Assembly (NCBI GenBank): GCA_012295275.1 | Contig: CM022666.1 | Coordinates: 10,602,001 to 10,666,000, forward strand | Length of the DNA stretch: 64,000 nucleotides | Direction: 5' to 3' | Source of the DNA: Chrysomallon squamiferum | Lineage: Eukaryota > Animalia > Mollusca | In this document: positions 1-13,716 of the stretch, piece by piece | How the letters are laid out: each line of letters opens with the position of its first letter | Position numbering within the stretch: position 1 is the stretch's first letter | Position numbers and translations under genes: made by a program | Notes under the pieces: model-generated | Seen by the model: only the letters and a program-made list of their open reading frames with translations | What the model was told of the DNA's origin: nothing | The model's database searches: none

Positions 1-1548
1 ACAAAGTATATCTTGTAACTTCTTTGCAGTAGTGTGCAAACCTGTTATACTGACTTTAAAGTTTAATAAATTAATGGAAATGTAATGTTTTCATTAAAAG
101 AAACTAGGCTTTGTTACTGGGGGGATTAAAAGTAATTCCTAGAAGTCTGCAATTTATAAAATGTTACAAGTTTCCTACCTGGCTATTTTCCATGAGTTAC
201 TGGTCAGGAAAAATTTTCAGATGCTATCCACACAGACCAGCTAAGATAATAAAACATAAGAAAAAAATAACTTGATAAAGCTGAACAAATATTTTACATG
301 TATAGGAATGCACAGCATAAAATCTGAATGTTTTTTCTGGTAGTAGAAAGATTCAATGGAGCAGAGACAAAATATCTGTTTACAAATCAGTTTTGATATA
401 AACAGTGAATTCTCACAATTCTGTTCTTGCATTTTTTAAATATTAAAAGAATTATATCAAGAGTTTCATGTTTTTATTTCAGTTTAAAAAAATTAATTTT
501 AAAAACCTGGGCTTTGATAAAAGAAATGTAACACTGTGGTGATGCATTTCTTGCTTACAAACAGTCATATGAGAACATTAGTCATGAGCATAAGCATAGT
601 CTTTCAAATATTTTATTGAAAAAATAATTATTTTAATTTAAATATACATTTCTCATCTTGAAATCTTGAAATACAGGAGCTATTCATTCACAAATAAAAA
701 ATAATTTATTATCATTACTATACATCGGTTAAATAACACACAAATAAAGCTTGCAGACACGTTTAAAAAGCATCAACTTAAGCATTAAAGCAATTCCAGA
801 ACAAAATTTCCATTGTATTCAATGCTATTGTTATTTTCTGGCTGAATTTGTCATTAAAAATTTATATAAAATAAATAAAATAATAATAATTAGGAGTGCC
901 AAAGGATTTTTTTTTTTTTGATTACCAAATGAAGGTGTGCTCTATACCAGTAAAAGAAAACTAGTCCCAAATGTAAAAATAAAATAACTTTTTAAAGATA
1001 TCCGTAATAGTAGGTACTGGCAGGCAAATTTTTTCTGACTTTAATTTCATATAATATGCAAAAAATTAGCACATAATGAAAGCTGTAGCAAAAAGAAACA
1101 AAATACATGAAAGATAATGACTGTCTCCAACGGGTCAAAAGATATATGCAAATTGGTATGACAGGTATTTGTTGGTTTTCAGCCGTTTTGACTAATTAGC
1201 AGAAAGGGCTGCTTTGGCCAACTGTAGTTTGAAAAGTAATTGACACAAAAGTCTGAAAATCAACAAGAGTGATGGGACCAACTTGCTAAATGAGCTCAAT
1301 TTTTTCAGACTTGAATGTTTGTTCACAATAATGTGCTAAATATGCCAAAAATCTTCAAAATGGTCTTATTTGAAAAATTCAACCTGTGTTGTGAACCATT
1401 TATCTAGATCTTTCAAATGAGATACTGGAATCTAACATATTTAAAGCCCGTAAATTTTTTTTTACCGTTTCAGTTTATATAGAACAGCACATCTTTATTT
1501 ACATAAGCAGCTTGAATTGTCACTATTAAATATTTAGTAGTAATAAGT

Positions 1549-1565
1549 TACTGTGGTGTGTATAT

Positions 1566-1606
<41 letters not shown>

Positions 1607-1650
1607 TGTGGTATGTATATATCATATATATATATATATATATATATATA
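1549..1650. repeat. Duplicated tactgtggt.tgtatatatc-(TA)n unit
   Basis: Two tandem copies, each ending in a (TA)n run. Confidence 0.9.
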
Positions 1651-2167
1651 AATGTTACTTAAAAGGACTATAAGCATTTGATGTTTAACTATAATCCTCT
1701 GCAAAACAAACTCAGGTAATCCAGAGTCTACTCCAGAAAGATTTTGCAGGTATTAATTAGGGGCAATAAAAGTTATGTAATCATGGGACTAGTTAAAGGC
1801 AATTAAAGACACAGGTGTGATAAGTCTGTCATTTGACAGCAAACAAAAGTTATGTATCATCTGACCATTGTTGAAATTTTCTCTGATAAAGCTTATTGAC
1901 AAGCAAAAATAATCTGTTTTAAAGCTGATCAATTTATTTTATTTTAAAAAAGTGATCCATTTTTTATTCAGCATTCATAAATACATTGTTCTATTATGTA
2001 GTATAGTTTGTTATGTTTACGAATTAAGATTATTGCAAAAAATTTGAAAGCAAAATAATTGACTATTTTAGAACAGAAGTAAATCGGCAAAACTTAATTA
2101 TTTCAGAATGTATTCATATTATATTTTGTAAAAGTCATAACATATAATAAAACATACATACTATAAG

Positions 2168-2459
2168 TTATTAAAAATGTAAGCAACAGGAATATAATCA
2201 TTTCAAATAGCATCAGTTCTTACTAGTTGCACATAAAATCTATGGCAATCTGGCTAGGTAGGAAACAATTTATGGCGATTTTGCTACGCATGTGCTATAA
2301 TGTATATGCTAAAAGTAGGACCAACAAATTATTAAAAATATAACATAGAAATATAATCATTTTAAACAGTGCCAGATGTTTCTAGTTGTACATAAAAGCT
2401 ACAGCAATTTTGGTCTGTAGAAAATGTAATGTAATGGTGATTTTGCTAAGCATGTGTTA
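2168..2459. repeat. Diverged tandem duplication (period about 160 bp)
   Basis: ttattaaaaat...aatataatcattt...ctagttg.acataaaa.cta...atgg.gattttgcta.gcatgtg occurs twice. Confidence 0.75.
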
Positions 2460-3032
2460 CTTTCAAATGCAGAGCTTATTTCTGCCAAAGAAGGCACACT
2501 GTAGTGTTGCACATTGTTTGAAAGGTAAATGAATGAGCATTCATTTGTTTCTGTAAAAAAGGTTATATTTTCAGCCAGTTTTTTTTTCAACATTGTTTTG
2601 AAGACATGAAAAAGTACATTTTTGGACATAACTTTTGATACAAGCCATTGCCAGTAACGACATGCAAACAGTTAGAAAGACTGAATTTTGACCCTCCTAG
2701 CTGTGCTAAAAATTGTAGAGCAACCCTATTTTAGGACTTTTTACTCCACGCTGTTAATTGCCAACCATGGGTGCCGAAGTGCGTTTACCACTACCATGTT
2801 TAATACTCTTGTACAAAGAACTGATTTAACATACAACAAAAACACAACAATTTAAAAGATCACATAATGTCCATCTATTTGTTTTTTGAAGAAGGGATTT
2901 GGGGGTGGAGAAAAATGGACAAAATCTTAACTTTTAACAGCTTTGACCAATTATATCGGCTAGGCTGCCAATACCTAGTAATAGTGGAAAAGTTATAGCA
3001 CTGCATAATTTTCAAAAATCCATTTTACCCAA

Positions 3033-3579
3033 GGGTCATTCCCTGTCAAATCACCCAATGGTTTAAACCCGACCGCCTCAGATTTTTATAAAACTTGGTA
3101 TACTTGCTGACTGGGATCCCACAGCACCAAATCTTAAATTTTAGCCCAATCAGAGCAGTGGTGTGGGAGATATGGCCCACTGAATTTTGAGATTAGAACC
3201 CTCATATCTCAGGAACTACTGGGCCAGTCTTCATAAAATTGGTAGTTAGAAAGGCAAAATGACAAGGATTCCAAATCTGCTATTTTTGTTCAGTTTGGAA
3301 AATACTGGAGTACCTTGACCTTTGCTATGACCTTGAAATTAACTGTGGATCACGTGACTTTGAGATGATCTTTATTGAAATTTAATCTCCCACATGTTAA
3401 CTAAAACATATAAAAGTTTCCTGGGTGTAATATTTTTTGTTTAGCCACAATATAGATTTAAAAAATGCACATACATGAAAATAACACCTTTTCAGCCATT
3501 ATCATCTGATTAACTAAAACCCGATTGATCCATTCTGGATGCTAGGAATTGTTTTGGGTGATTTGACATGGAATGATCC
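3033..3579. mobile_element. Non-autonomous DNA transposon (MITE), Sola2-like
   Basis: 26-bp TIR GGGTCATTCCCTGTCAAATCACCCAA / TTGGGTGATTTGACATGGAATGATCC (2 mismatches); 4-bp TSD CCAA at 3029-3032 and 3580-3583. GRG termini with a 4-bp TSD fit Sola2. Confidence 0.85.
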
Positions 3580-3642
3580 CCAATTTCTTTCTTTTTGCTA
3601 GCCAAATAAATAAAATGAAATAAATAAGTTTTTCAGACAGTG

Positions 3643-5446
3643 CTGAGTATGTGGTTGTAAAACAATATTTGAAACCATTATAAATTTTTTTATAATATTT
3701 ATTTCCATCTTCAATACATTAGAGGTGGTATTTATACTAAAAAAGCAAACTGACCACGTGTTATTTGAATGATTACCTTGATACATTCATTATGTTTGAA
3801 ACCAGCTTTACAACAGAAAATTGGAAAAAGAAACAAATTTTTTTTAGTATCATTGGTCAATGCTACTTTATTGGTGTGCATCTGTCGGTGAGGTATTGTC
3901 CTACAATCGTTTTCGAGTCGTGAGAAGTTAAAATTAATGAGAAGTTAACCTGACCATGTATGATCACGCCACCTCTGCTTTTATACGTGACTGCACGAGT
4001 GCATTTTTTTCATAATAATTAATATACTCACCGACATTTTTCAACGTTCTGGAAACTTGTACAAGTTATAATAAGCAATCTTGTCATTCTGCTTGTCCAA
4101 CTGAAAAACAATGACCTGCTTACGTAGACAGTTTTTGGCCATCTGAACTATTTCTCAACGTTCAGGAAACGTCTACAAATTCTAATGAACAATCTCGTAA
4201 TTCTCCTTGTGCAACATGGCGACTGAAATGGAAATGACCTGCTTACGTAGACTGCGGATGTGACCCCGCCGATGCATGGATGCACTCGGCAATGAATTTC
4301 TGTCGAAAGTTATATTTTGTAAAATTGATTGATTCATTCATTTCTTAAAGTTTTTCTTTCTTTTCTTTTCTTTTTAATTTTTAAATTATCAGTTTCTTAA
4401 AAATGGCCATCAGTAGATGGACCAACAGGAACGATAACTCGTAACGGCACAAATTAGTTACGGAAAAAAGCCTCATGAAATTTCGCCGATTTAACGGGTA
4501 CAAACAACCCGTACATGTTCGTTTCTGCTGGTGGAACATTGACAGCTACAAAAGTTAATACATTAATCTTATTCCGCATTACAATTTCAGTTTATAATGC
4601 ACGCATTTAGTGATTTACACAAAAATAATCCAGTTTAAAAAGTTTGATTTAGCTGAAAAAGTAGTTAGAAAAGGCGCGTGCCATCATGGTTTGCTAACAT
4701 GAACAACCATCCTTACCTTTATCAGTGTAAATCATAAAATGTTCTGAAAGATGGACGCAAAATAATTTAATTTGGAAGTTTAAAAATGTCCGTGAGCTCA
4801 CGGAAACTTCCTCCGATCGAAGTCGAAGATGGCACGTGGAACACCGATTAGTGTTTACAAACTTTTAAATACGTATGCCTTCAAATGCAATCAATTCTAC
4901 ATGGATTATTAAAGTAATTTTGGAAAAATGTCTTTAATCAATGCCTCGTATACATAGATGTCTATTATTGAGAAGAAATTGCTGCAAAGGTCGAAATATT
5001 TTCTTTTTTGGGGGTAACTTTGACGTAATACCATCTCATACACGTTTCGTACAATATATATATTTTTTCAGATATTATTACGATGTTGCCAGCCAAAAAA
5101 TAAAACAGTAATAAAATAATAATAAAATAAAATAAAACAAAATAAAATAAAATTAACGATTTTCACAGACACTGGCGCGTCAGTATGAAGATGACTATTC
5201 TCATTAGGTACCATAATCATGATAATGTGGACACGTTACTCTGCTAAAACTCCATAGCAGACAATTCTGAGTACGTAGATGTAAAACGATACTTGAAACC
5301 ATTATAATTTTTTTTCTTATATATTTATTTCCATTTTCAATCCATTAGAGGTCGTATTTCCATGCAAAAAGCAAACTGATCACGGGTTATTTGAATGACT
5401 GCCTTGATACATTCATTATAACGCTTGAATCATTGGTCCATGCTAC
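3643..5446. repeat. CpG-rich block bounded by diverged direct repeats of about 180-220 bp (3643-3866, 5267-5446); likely TE-derived
   Basis: Shared ctgagta...gtaaaac...gaaaccattata...aaaagcaaactga...ccttgatacattcattat...tcattggtc.atgctac; internal duplication 4041-4129 / 4155-4252. Confidence 0.7.
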
Positions 5447-7944
5447 CATTAACATCAAATAAATAAAGGAAAGAAATGAAAGAAAGAAAAGAAACAATAC
5501 AAATACACACACATACAGAAACAAAAGTGTCTAAAAAAAATAAAAAAAATAAAAAAAATTAAAAGAACAAATGAAAAGAAAAAAGAAAATCTCTAATCAA
5601 AACAGACCATGAGCCAGACCCCACATTTGGAGATTGTGATAAGATCCAGTTCGGATTTTTATTTGGTCCGATGTCTGAAGAGTCCAAAATCATTTTTTGG
5701 ACAATTCAGAATGGTACCTCTGTTACTGTACTCGTTAGACTTAAACAAACTGTTCGGTGGTGCATGTAACCATATTTCATGGTTTTTGTTGACAGCAATT
5801 TGATGTCACAAAAACAATGTTGTTGTTTTTTTTTTTTCATTTATAGATACAACCCATTTGATGGTAAGGTATAATGGCAGTTTATATTTATATAATGTCA
5901 TTTTTGAAATAATCATTCATTTTGTTGTTTAAGTTTCTTGTATTTTATACACAGAATATGTAGTTAAATTATGTTATCAGAACAAAATGTGTAGACTACA
6001 ATGATAGTTTTACATTTCATTCTAGAATAGTTCACAAGGACCAACAAATCTTGCCCACAGATCAGCTAGTTTACCAGATATTGAGATAGTATCGGGCTTG
6101 CTTGGTAAAATATTTGTACAAAATTAATTTATTACTTGCCACGGTTAGACTGTATTGTTGTGTACTTTATATGTTCGTATGTGTCTGCTTGTGTATTAAT
6201 TATCCATAATTATCCAGCTCATAATTATATCCAAAGTTGTCTCTTACTGTTAAGTGAATGTTATCTATGTTAAATAATATTTGGGTTTAGTTTGTATACA
6301 TATATATATGTTAAAATCCCAAATTACAAGTTGATTTATTTCCTGCACTGTTTCACACTTATAATAATGGTTATCTGAAACTTGTGCATTTATAAAATTA
6401 TATAGGTTTATATATAGTCCTCAGTATGAAAGTAGGTTAAAGGCAATTGCTGATAGTAACTAATTTAAGTATTGAATAACATTTTATATTTATCAAAATT
6501 GTTCATTACTGCTACAAATTGTTATACTGGTCAGTTGTATATGGTGATGTCATTATAAAGATATTTGAAATGAACTTAGAAGAAAAGTAAAAGTTTATAA
6601 TTCTAATAGAGATGAAATTATATTTTATAATATAATTTTCCCTATCTTCTTACAAATCAGTATAGACTGACATTTCTAGACATTTTTCAAACATAACATT
6701 ACTATTTTGAATTACTAAGTAGCGGTTCAGCTGTTAAATGTTGCTCTGACAACCTTTTTGTTCTTTTTTGTCCATTACCAGATAAAGGCTGGTGAAATTT
6801 CATTTATCTCAACATTCATTAGAATTCAAAGAAAAATAAATATACATTTGTTAACATTCGTTATGGTTAAACTGGTTTGGACAGTAGTGGCTTTACCAAT
6901 TCTTACTATAAACTTGTATGAATGAAAACAAAGAATAACAGATTAGTGTAAATAAGAACAGTTTAATTAACTGTATATGAACACACACACATATTTACAT
7001 ACTCCAGTAGCAGCTCAAACAAAAATAACTGTTATGATGGATTTGGCACTTTGGACATACTGTTTTCTATAATTAAACGTTACCTGTTCACAATTATGAT
7101 CAGCTATCTCATCTACATTGAGAACCGTCTTGGTACATATAATGTTAAACAGTGATAAATGATAAAAAAAACATGCATTGTAAATGAGTTGTATATGGGG
7201 AATAATACTTACCTGTATATGTATAAAAAAAATTAAAATATCAAATATTTTGAAATCATGTGATGTTGTATGACAGCCATCTCAAAAAACCAGCAAAAAT
7301 GATGTAATCATTAGAAAATAAATAAATAAATAAATAAATAACAATACCACAATATAGATAACTCTAGTGATATGTTCTCCAGTTTGAAGTCTGCTTCATT
7401 GGACAATTTGTGTTTAACATAAGATGAAATAAACATGAGGATCTTCCATACAGACAAGTCAGTGCATTCCACAGCCTTAGACAAACCAGCACTGGTGTAA
7501 TAAAATGAGTCTTTGTCTCAGTACTACTTAGCTAAATCCCCACACCTCACCACACTGTCCTGACCATTAGAGTTTATAAAGAAGCGGACATATACAAAAT
7601 AAAAATAACCATCTTCTTTAAGCATTTATTTTCTGATCTGACTCATTGCAAACAAATAGGTATATTATCTGAATAATCTAATTTAGCTTAAGGAATATGA
7701 CATAAGCAGAAAAACAGAAAAAAGAAATGAAAGAAAGTATGAAATTCAGTTTTTAACAACATGCATCTTTGTATTATACCTGTTGTACTTAGTCGCAGGC
7801 AGTTTAATAATATTCATATGACTAGATTTATCAAAAATGAAATCTGTTTAGATTATAGACGAATGCTTGTAAGACAATTTACAATGAACTAGCAATGGTC
7901 AAACATTTTACATAAACTATTTACAAAAAAAACCTATTAGTGAT

Positions 7945-8625
7945 ATTCAGACCCTTACACACTATTTACACAAAGTACCAGTGATAGTCAAGTTTTTAAC
8001 CACTCTAGCAACAGCCAAATCCTTACATAGTATCCACACAACATACTATTGATAGTCACATCCTTGCACACACTATTCATACAAGTATTATCAAATTCTT
8101 TACTCACTATTCAGATAACATATTACAGTGGTTGTCACATTGTTGCTCACACTTTTTATACAATATATTACTTACCAAATCCTTACACTGTTCACACAAA
8201 ATATACTGATAATCACATCATTGCACACACTATTCATACAATATATTACGAAACTAGCACACTATTCACAAAAAATATAGTGATAGTCACATCCTTGCAT
8301 ACATTATTCATACAGTATATTAATTATCAAATCCTTGCACACTTTTCATACAATATATTGTCAAATCCTTACACATGATTTAAACATATTGACACACATG
8401 TTGTTGTACATAATATTCATACAATGTAGGAGTCAAATCAGTACAACACACTACTTATATTAAATACCAGTAATAGTTAAATCCATATGGACTATTCATA
8501 AAATATATTAAATACTTACACCCACATGCTAGTGACAGTCCAGAGAGTTAAACAACATTTTACAACATTACTAGTAGCAGTCAAAACAATTCACATACTA
8601 ATGACAGTTAAATCCTTCCACACAC
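7945..8625. repeat. Highly degenerate minisatellite, unit about 30-35 bp (in or near the 3' UTR)
   Basis: Recurrent tca(a/c)atcctt(a/g)cacactattcatacaa; explains the spurious ORF 8049..8378. Confidence 0.8.
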
Positions 8626-9729
8626 ATAGAGAACTAGACATTGAATAACTGAAAACAAAAACACATGACAAAAGCATGACAGTAACAGTCTGGTCACAAT
8701 ACAGATCATCTTATTATTTGACAGTGACTCAGTCACAGTTGTACTAATAAAAAATGGCAACAATGTTGCATAATGGAGAAAGATCACTTGAAATGCATTA
8801 TGTAATTTTAAATAGCTTATGTCTAAGTCATTTACACTGACTCAAACTGTTTTTCTTAAGTTTATCATTCATTCAGTCTAGCATTAATTTAGTGACCTGG
8901 TTTTCAAACTCAGACAGCATCTCACTATTATTATTTTCACTTTTGCAATGAAGAAGAATCAGTCAACTGCAGTAACATGGCTGGATTAGGTATTAAAAGT
9001 GTTAGAATGGTTCTTAAAAAATATACAATATGAACTTAACCCCCCCAAAAAACCCCAGCAGTTCCTACAAGGATAGAATTTTCTTTTATACATGTGTTCT
9101 TGAGGCTGACATAATTATAACACGAATTATCTAAAACAACTACATTTTATGCAATTATATAAATATAATTTATTCAGTATTATTTGTTCAAAATTTCTCT
9201 CTGAGAAATTTTTATTATTTTTCTAATCTCACACAGAGAAGAATCAGATTAAAAACATTCAGTTCTGAATCATACTGGTTTCACGTCAGCAAATCTTTTG
9301 CATATGAAATGTTTATCACCATGATACTTGAAATTGTTGTTATGACGACCTGTTATCTTCATCACAAAATGTTTAAGAACTGGGTGTCATCTTGTCTTCC
9401 AAAGTACTGTTGTTGTCACAACTCTATAATTTAATCACAAAACTTTAGAAAATTGTATCAGTTCTAATGTTTTGGCAAACATTTATTTTGGTAATTATAT
9501 ATATCACAAGTCTATCCAAAGAATTGTTGTCATGACATCTTATTGTGATAAAGACAGTGTTTAAAATGGCATCATTCGTTTGAGTCTATTTTCCCCTTTT
9601 TCAAAAAATGAGATAACTATAGGACCAGACATCTTATAAAAAAGTATTAAAAAACCACATGTACATCCACAAGATAATTTTTTAAAAGCACAGAATTGTG
9701 CAAAGGAAATAAATAACTGTGTTTTTAGT

Positions 9730-9914
9730 TTATTTCTCTGGTTTCTTCCCTCCTAGAAAGAACCATGTCAGTTTTTTTGACTGGTTGATGTTGTCAAGAG
9801 AGTGGGGTTGACGTAGTAACGAGCGGGGAGATGGCATAGAAAACTGGGCAGTCATTACAGGTTCCTTTCTCCTTGTCTGTCGCAAACTCCTGCTTCGTGT
9901 TGCCTGGTGTTTGA
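9730..9914 (-). CDS. ARHGEF4: Terminal coding exon VKHQATRSRS...KKLTWFFLGGKKPEK*
   Basis: Acceptor TTTATTTTTCAG, phase 1; TAA at 9730-9732; aromatic/basic tail resembles the family C-terminus. Confidence 0.85.
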
Positions 9915-10748
9915 CTGAAAAATAAACCAAAAATCATTTTGTAAGATATTTAAAAAATTATTATTACCTTTCTTTCAATGTCAAATGATTATATTTAAAC
10001 ATTTTTGATGTTAATAACATTATCCTATTTGAACAATGTTTGATATTACAATATATTCTTTACTGAATATTTGACAATAAATAAATTCATACAAAAATGT
10101 TTAATGTTAAAATATACTCTTTACTGACATTAAACCTATTCACCATGTTTAGGAATGTTTAAGTTGATCTCAAATGGCATCTAGAAATGTCACATTTATT
10201 TGTACTTAAATTCTCATTAAAGATTTGTAATCTGCATATTAAAATAACATTAATATGTCAACAGCTATTTCGAACATATAAATAAAGTACACAGAAATAT
10301 ATATTTAGTTAATATAACTGATTCAGTTGTTTTTTCTGTGACGATTTCATAGTCTTAGGCAAGTGACAAATAAAGTTTATAGCTGGGGTCAGTCATGCTA
10401 CCCCAGAAAACATTTAACAAAGCAAAAAAAAAACAACAGGATAATAATAATAATAATAAAAATTATTTTAACTGCGTCTTTTTATTTTTTATTGTTTTTT
10501 TTTTTACTTAATGTTTGGAAACATCCTGTCATATACATTACACAAAAATCTAGTATTAACATTTAAATGTTATTTTAGTATTTTACATTAGTTAAACATT
10601 ATTTACATATTAGTATTATCCTAACACTAACATTGTCATAGTGTTATCATTCTTTCAACCTTTATTACTAATCTGCATTTTTATTTTAATTAGTTTTAAC
10701 ACCAAAGTAATCTGTCTATCACTGAAAATATACATGCCTTGAAATTTA

Positions 10749-10789
<41 letters not shown>

Positions 10790-11489
10790 TAAAGATAAAA
10801 TCAAAATTAAAGAGATCAAAATAAAATTTTAAAGATACAAATAAATCTATTTCAAATGTCTACCTGCAACTGTCAATCAAATAATAATGGGCGGGCACAA
10901 GACAAGAAATAATAAATTAATAAATAATTATGCAAATACAATAAGCAACTGACAAGCAGATAATTATTATTTACCTATATGTATTAATATTTTGTAACAG
11001 CTGATATCATTCAAGTTTCCTTAACCAAATAGGTATAAAGAAAAGGAAAAAACAAAAACAAAACAAAAAAAAAGAGATGAAAATGTATATAAAAAGTAGA
11101 AACCATACAAATGATGATACGAATATGGTGGTAACAAGCAAACGTTTAAAAATCTAAAAACTTTTATGTTTTTTTTTTTTTTTTATATCATTTTTAAAAC
11201 AATCTAAACCCTGTCATAGTACTGTTTTAAAAATCTGAAATGGTGTAAATTAAAAACACTAAGTAGTATTTCTGTTTCAGTGATCCTAAAAAATACACAT
11301 AGGCATTATGCATCTTAGAATCTATTTGATTTCATTTGAAAACATAAAAGAATCAAATTAAAAAAATTTAAATAATAAAATAAATTAAAAAATTAAAATG
11401 AATGAAGTATAAATGAAGAAACAAGCAGTGCATAGACACAACACACCAACATACACAGAACAACAACAGCCGTCCTGACTGGTGTATAC

Positions 11490-11545
11490 CTTACAACGTC
11501 AGTGACATCACTGCACTCATCTGCTAGTCAGCCACATAAACAACC
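11490..11545 (-). other. Candidate alternative/cassette exon in the last intron, carrying a stop codon (GLFMWLTSR*)
   Basis: Branch-like TTCTGAC, acceptor TGCTGCGGCTGTTTACAG, donors GTAAGG and GTATAC; GC-richer than its flanks. Confidence 0.3.
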
Positions 11546-12411
11546 CTGTAAACAGCCGCAGCATTGTGTCAGAACAATGGTAACACTTTTGTGAATTTAT
11601 TGCTCAAAATGTTTTTGAAAAAATATTTCAACAAAAAAAAATTTAAAGATTAAAATAAACAGGTATCATGGTTCAAATATGTAGTTTTGATTGTGTTAAC
11701 CTGATGGGAAATCCACTATGTACTGATTAGGAGAAAAATGTAGTGTGTTTTGTAATTATATAAACTAGAAAGCATGTATGGTCATTGATAAAACAGATTA
11801 AATTAGGAAAAAGCTTAGTGAGACAACTCAGGAAAACTGATCCTGGTGTCTTTATTGTGTTATATGACTGAGCTACGTATGTTTTAAAATTGGCAATAAT
11901 AAATATCCAAATTATAACTTTTCTATGAATTACAAGTAAATAATTAAAAAAACAATCTTAATAAATTAAAAATAATAGGGAAATGAATCTTACTGATTAA
12001 CTGAACAGAACTGGGAGAACACAAGAGTTTGTCATGATGTTAGTCTTAAAGTGGAATAACTGATTCAAATATGATCTCATTATTTCATTTAGAAAATGAA
12101 AAAAAAAAAAAAAAAAAAAATAATAATAATAATAATAATAAATAAATAAATAAAATAAATAAAAAAAACATTTAAAAATCTACAAAGATCTGTATTATTA
12201 ACATATTTTCATGTTGACAGGCTGTCATTGGAGGATTTGATGCTGATGAAGGTTATATAACTAACACAACATCAATTTCTGTCACAATTATTTTAATCCT
12301 TGCAGTCTGTTTTGTATTATACTTTCTAATCCTGCTTAACGTGTACAATGACTGTGTAGGTAAATAGAAAGAGACAGATACATATGTGTATGTATCAAAT
12401 CTATACACTAC

Positions 12412-12486
12412 CTTTGGATTTTGAATTATTTTTCTGCTTCAAATGGTTTATTGCTCGTTCCTTTACATGTGCAGGAATGTTGAAAT
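12412..12486 (-). CDS. ARHGEF4: Post-PH exon DFNIPAHVKERAINHLKQKNNSKSK
   Basis: 75 nt, phase 1-1; TTAG acceptor and AAG|GTAGTG donor; corresponds to the family GFEI..Q.KRQA helix. Confidence 0.88.
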
Positions 12487-12608
12487 CTAAGTGGAGGAAA
12501 AAAAGAAAATTGATAAATTTATGAAATAATATCTGTTTGATTAAATGGATTTAATTGAAAAAATTATACATATTGATTTATATATTTATTAATTAACCAT
12601 TTCATTAC

Positions 12609-12767
12609 CATTTTCCAAGTCTTCCCGCACACGTTGTCTCTCATTCTGAAAAGCTTTCAGCCATCTTTGTTTGATCTGAGGGGTTTTTGCCATGAGTAAA
12701 TACCATTTATCTCTGCGCGTCTCATGTATTTTCCAGGCATTTCTCACTGTCACATTGTACTGGGAAT
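12609..12767 (-). CDS. ARHGEF4: PH domain exon 3
   Basis: DSQYNVTVRNAWKI...KQRWLKAFQNERQRVREDLEN; 159 nt, phase 1-1. Confidence 0.94.
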
Positions 12768-12800
12768 CTACAAAATAGTTTAATATATCATAAGTTTTAC

Positions 12801-12831
<31 letters not shown>

Positions 12832-12836
12832 TTTGT

Positions 12837-12876
<40 letters not shown>

Positions 12877-13106
12877 AGCCAGCATTTAATGTATATTTTA
12901 TTTAGGTGCCTAGCAGATACAAATTGCTATACATAATTATATATTTCAAACATTTCATATACATAGATGCAAAACTGAATACATATTTAATTAATTTAAT
13001 ACAACTATGAAAAGAGATACATGTCACACCAGTTTAATTAAGTGTATACAAACTTATGAAGTAATATTGGAACTTAACGAACAGATAAGTAATTTCTGAC
13101 ACAAAC

Positions 13107-13191
13107 CTTTACCATCCTCAATTGGAATTAGTTCAACATGGTCCAAGTACACTCTACCTCGGTAACCGAAACTTTTCTTCTTTAATAAGTC
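13107..13191 (-). CDS. ARHGEF4: PH domain exon 2
   Basis: DLLKKKSFGYRGRVYLDHVELIPIEDGK; 85 nt, phase 0-1. An alternative in-phase donor exists at 13113. Confidence 0.92.
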
Positions 13192-13716
13192 CTATAAAAT
13201 ACAGTCATTGCTCATTAGACAAAACACACCTTCTGTGTGATATTAATAAATAATAACAAAGTTTTTAAGTGCACAAAATATTACAATAAAATAAAATGTG
13301 AAAAGCTATCAAATTAAATACAGTTATCTTACAGATTATTCAGAATGAGTTGAACTTCTCATCTGCCATAAATATTTAGCTGGAAATAAAATTTATTAAG
13401 AAAGTTACTTAAATAAATCTTGATCTATGAAAATGTTGTTGACAATTCTAACTGTTACGGTAGTGCTTTTGTGTGCACATGTGTGTGGATGTTAATAAAG
13501 ACAGGTGTGTTTATGTACAAATGCAAACACATATAACATGTCATGCAAATATATTTCTATATATTAACTAATTACAAAAAAAAAATATAGTGTAGTTTAT
13601 GACAAGCTGTGAGAATTATATTTATGTAACAGCCTGACATAAATAACTCATGTGTTATATTTTAAAATACATAGAATATGTATCTTGTTGATTAAGAGTG
13701 TAACGTGAAAACTTAC

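Noticed and set aside
5609-5803. 64-aa ORF in a GC-richer patch
   Set aside because: No recognisable homology or splice structure in the frames I read; possibly a TE relic.
7205-7230. Strong minus-strand donor CAG|GTAAGTAT downstream of the gene
   Set aside because: No associated ORF or acceptor found; cannot be distinguished from chance.
5800-9729. Exact 3' UTR end and poly(A) site
   Set aside because: AATAAA hexamers are too frequent in this AT-rich DNA to assign without transcript data.
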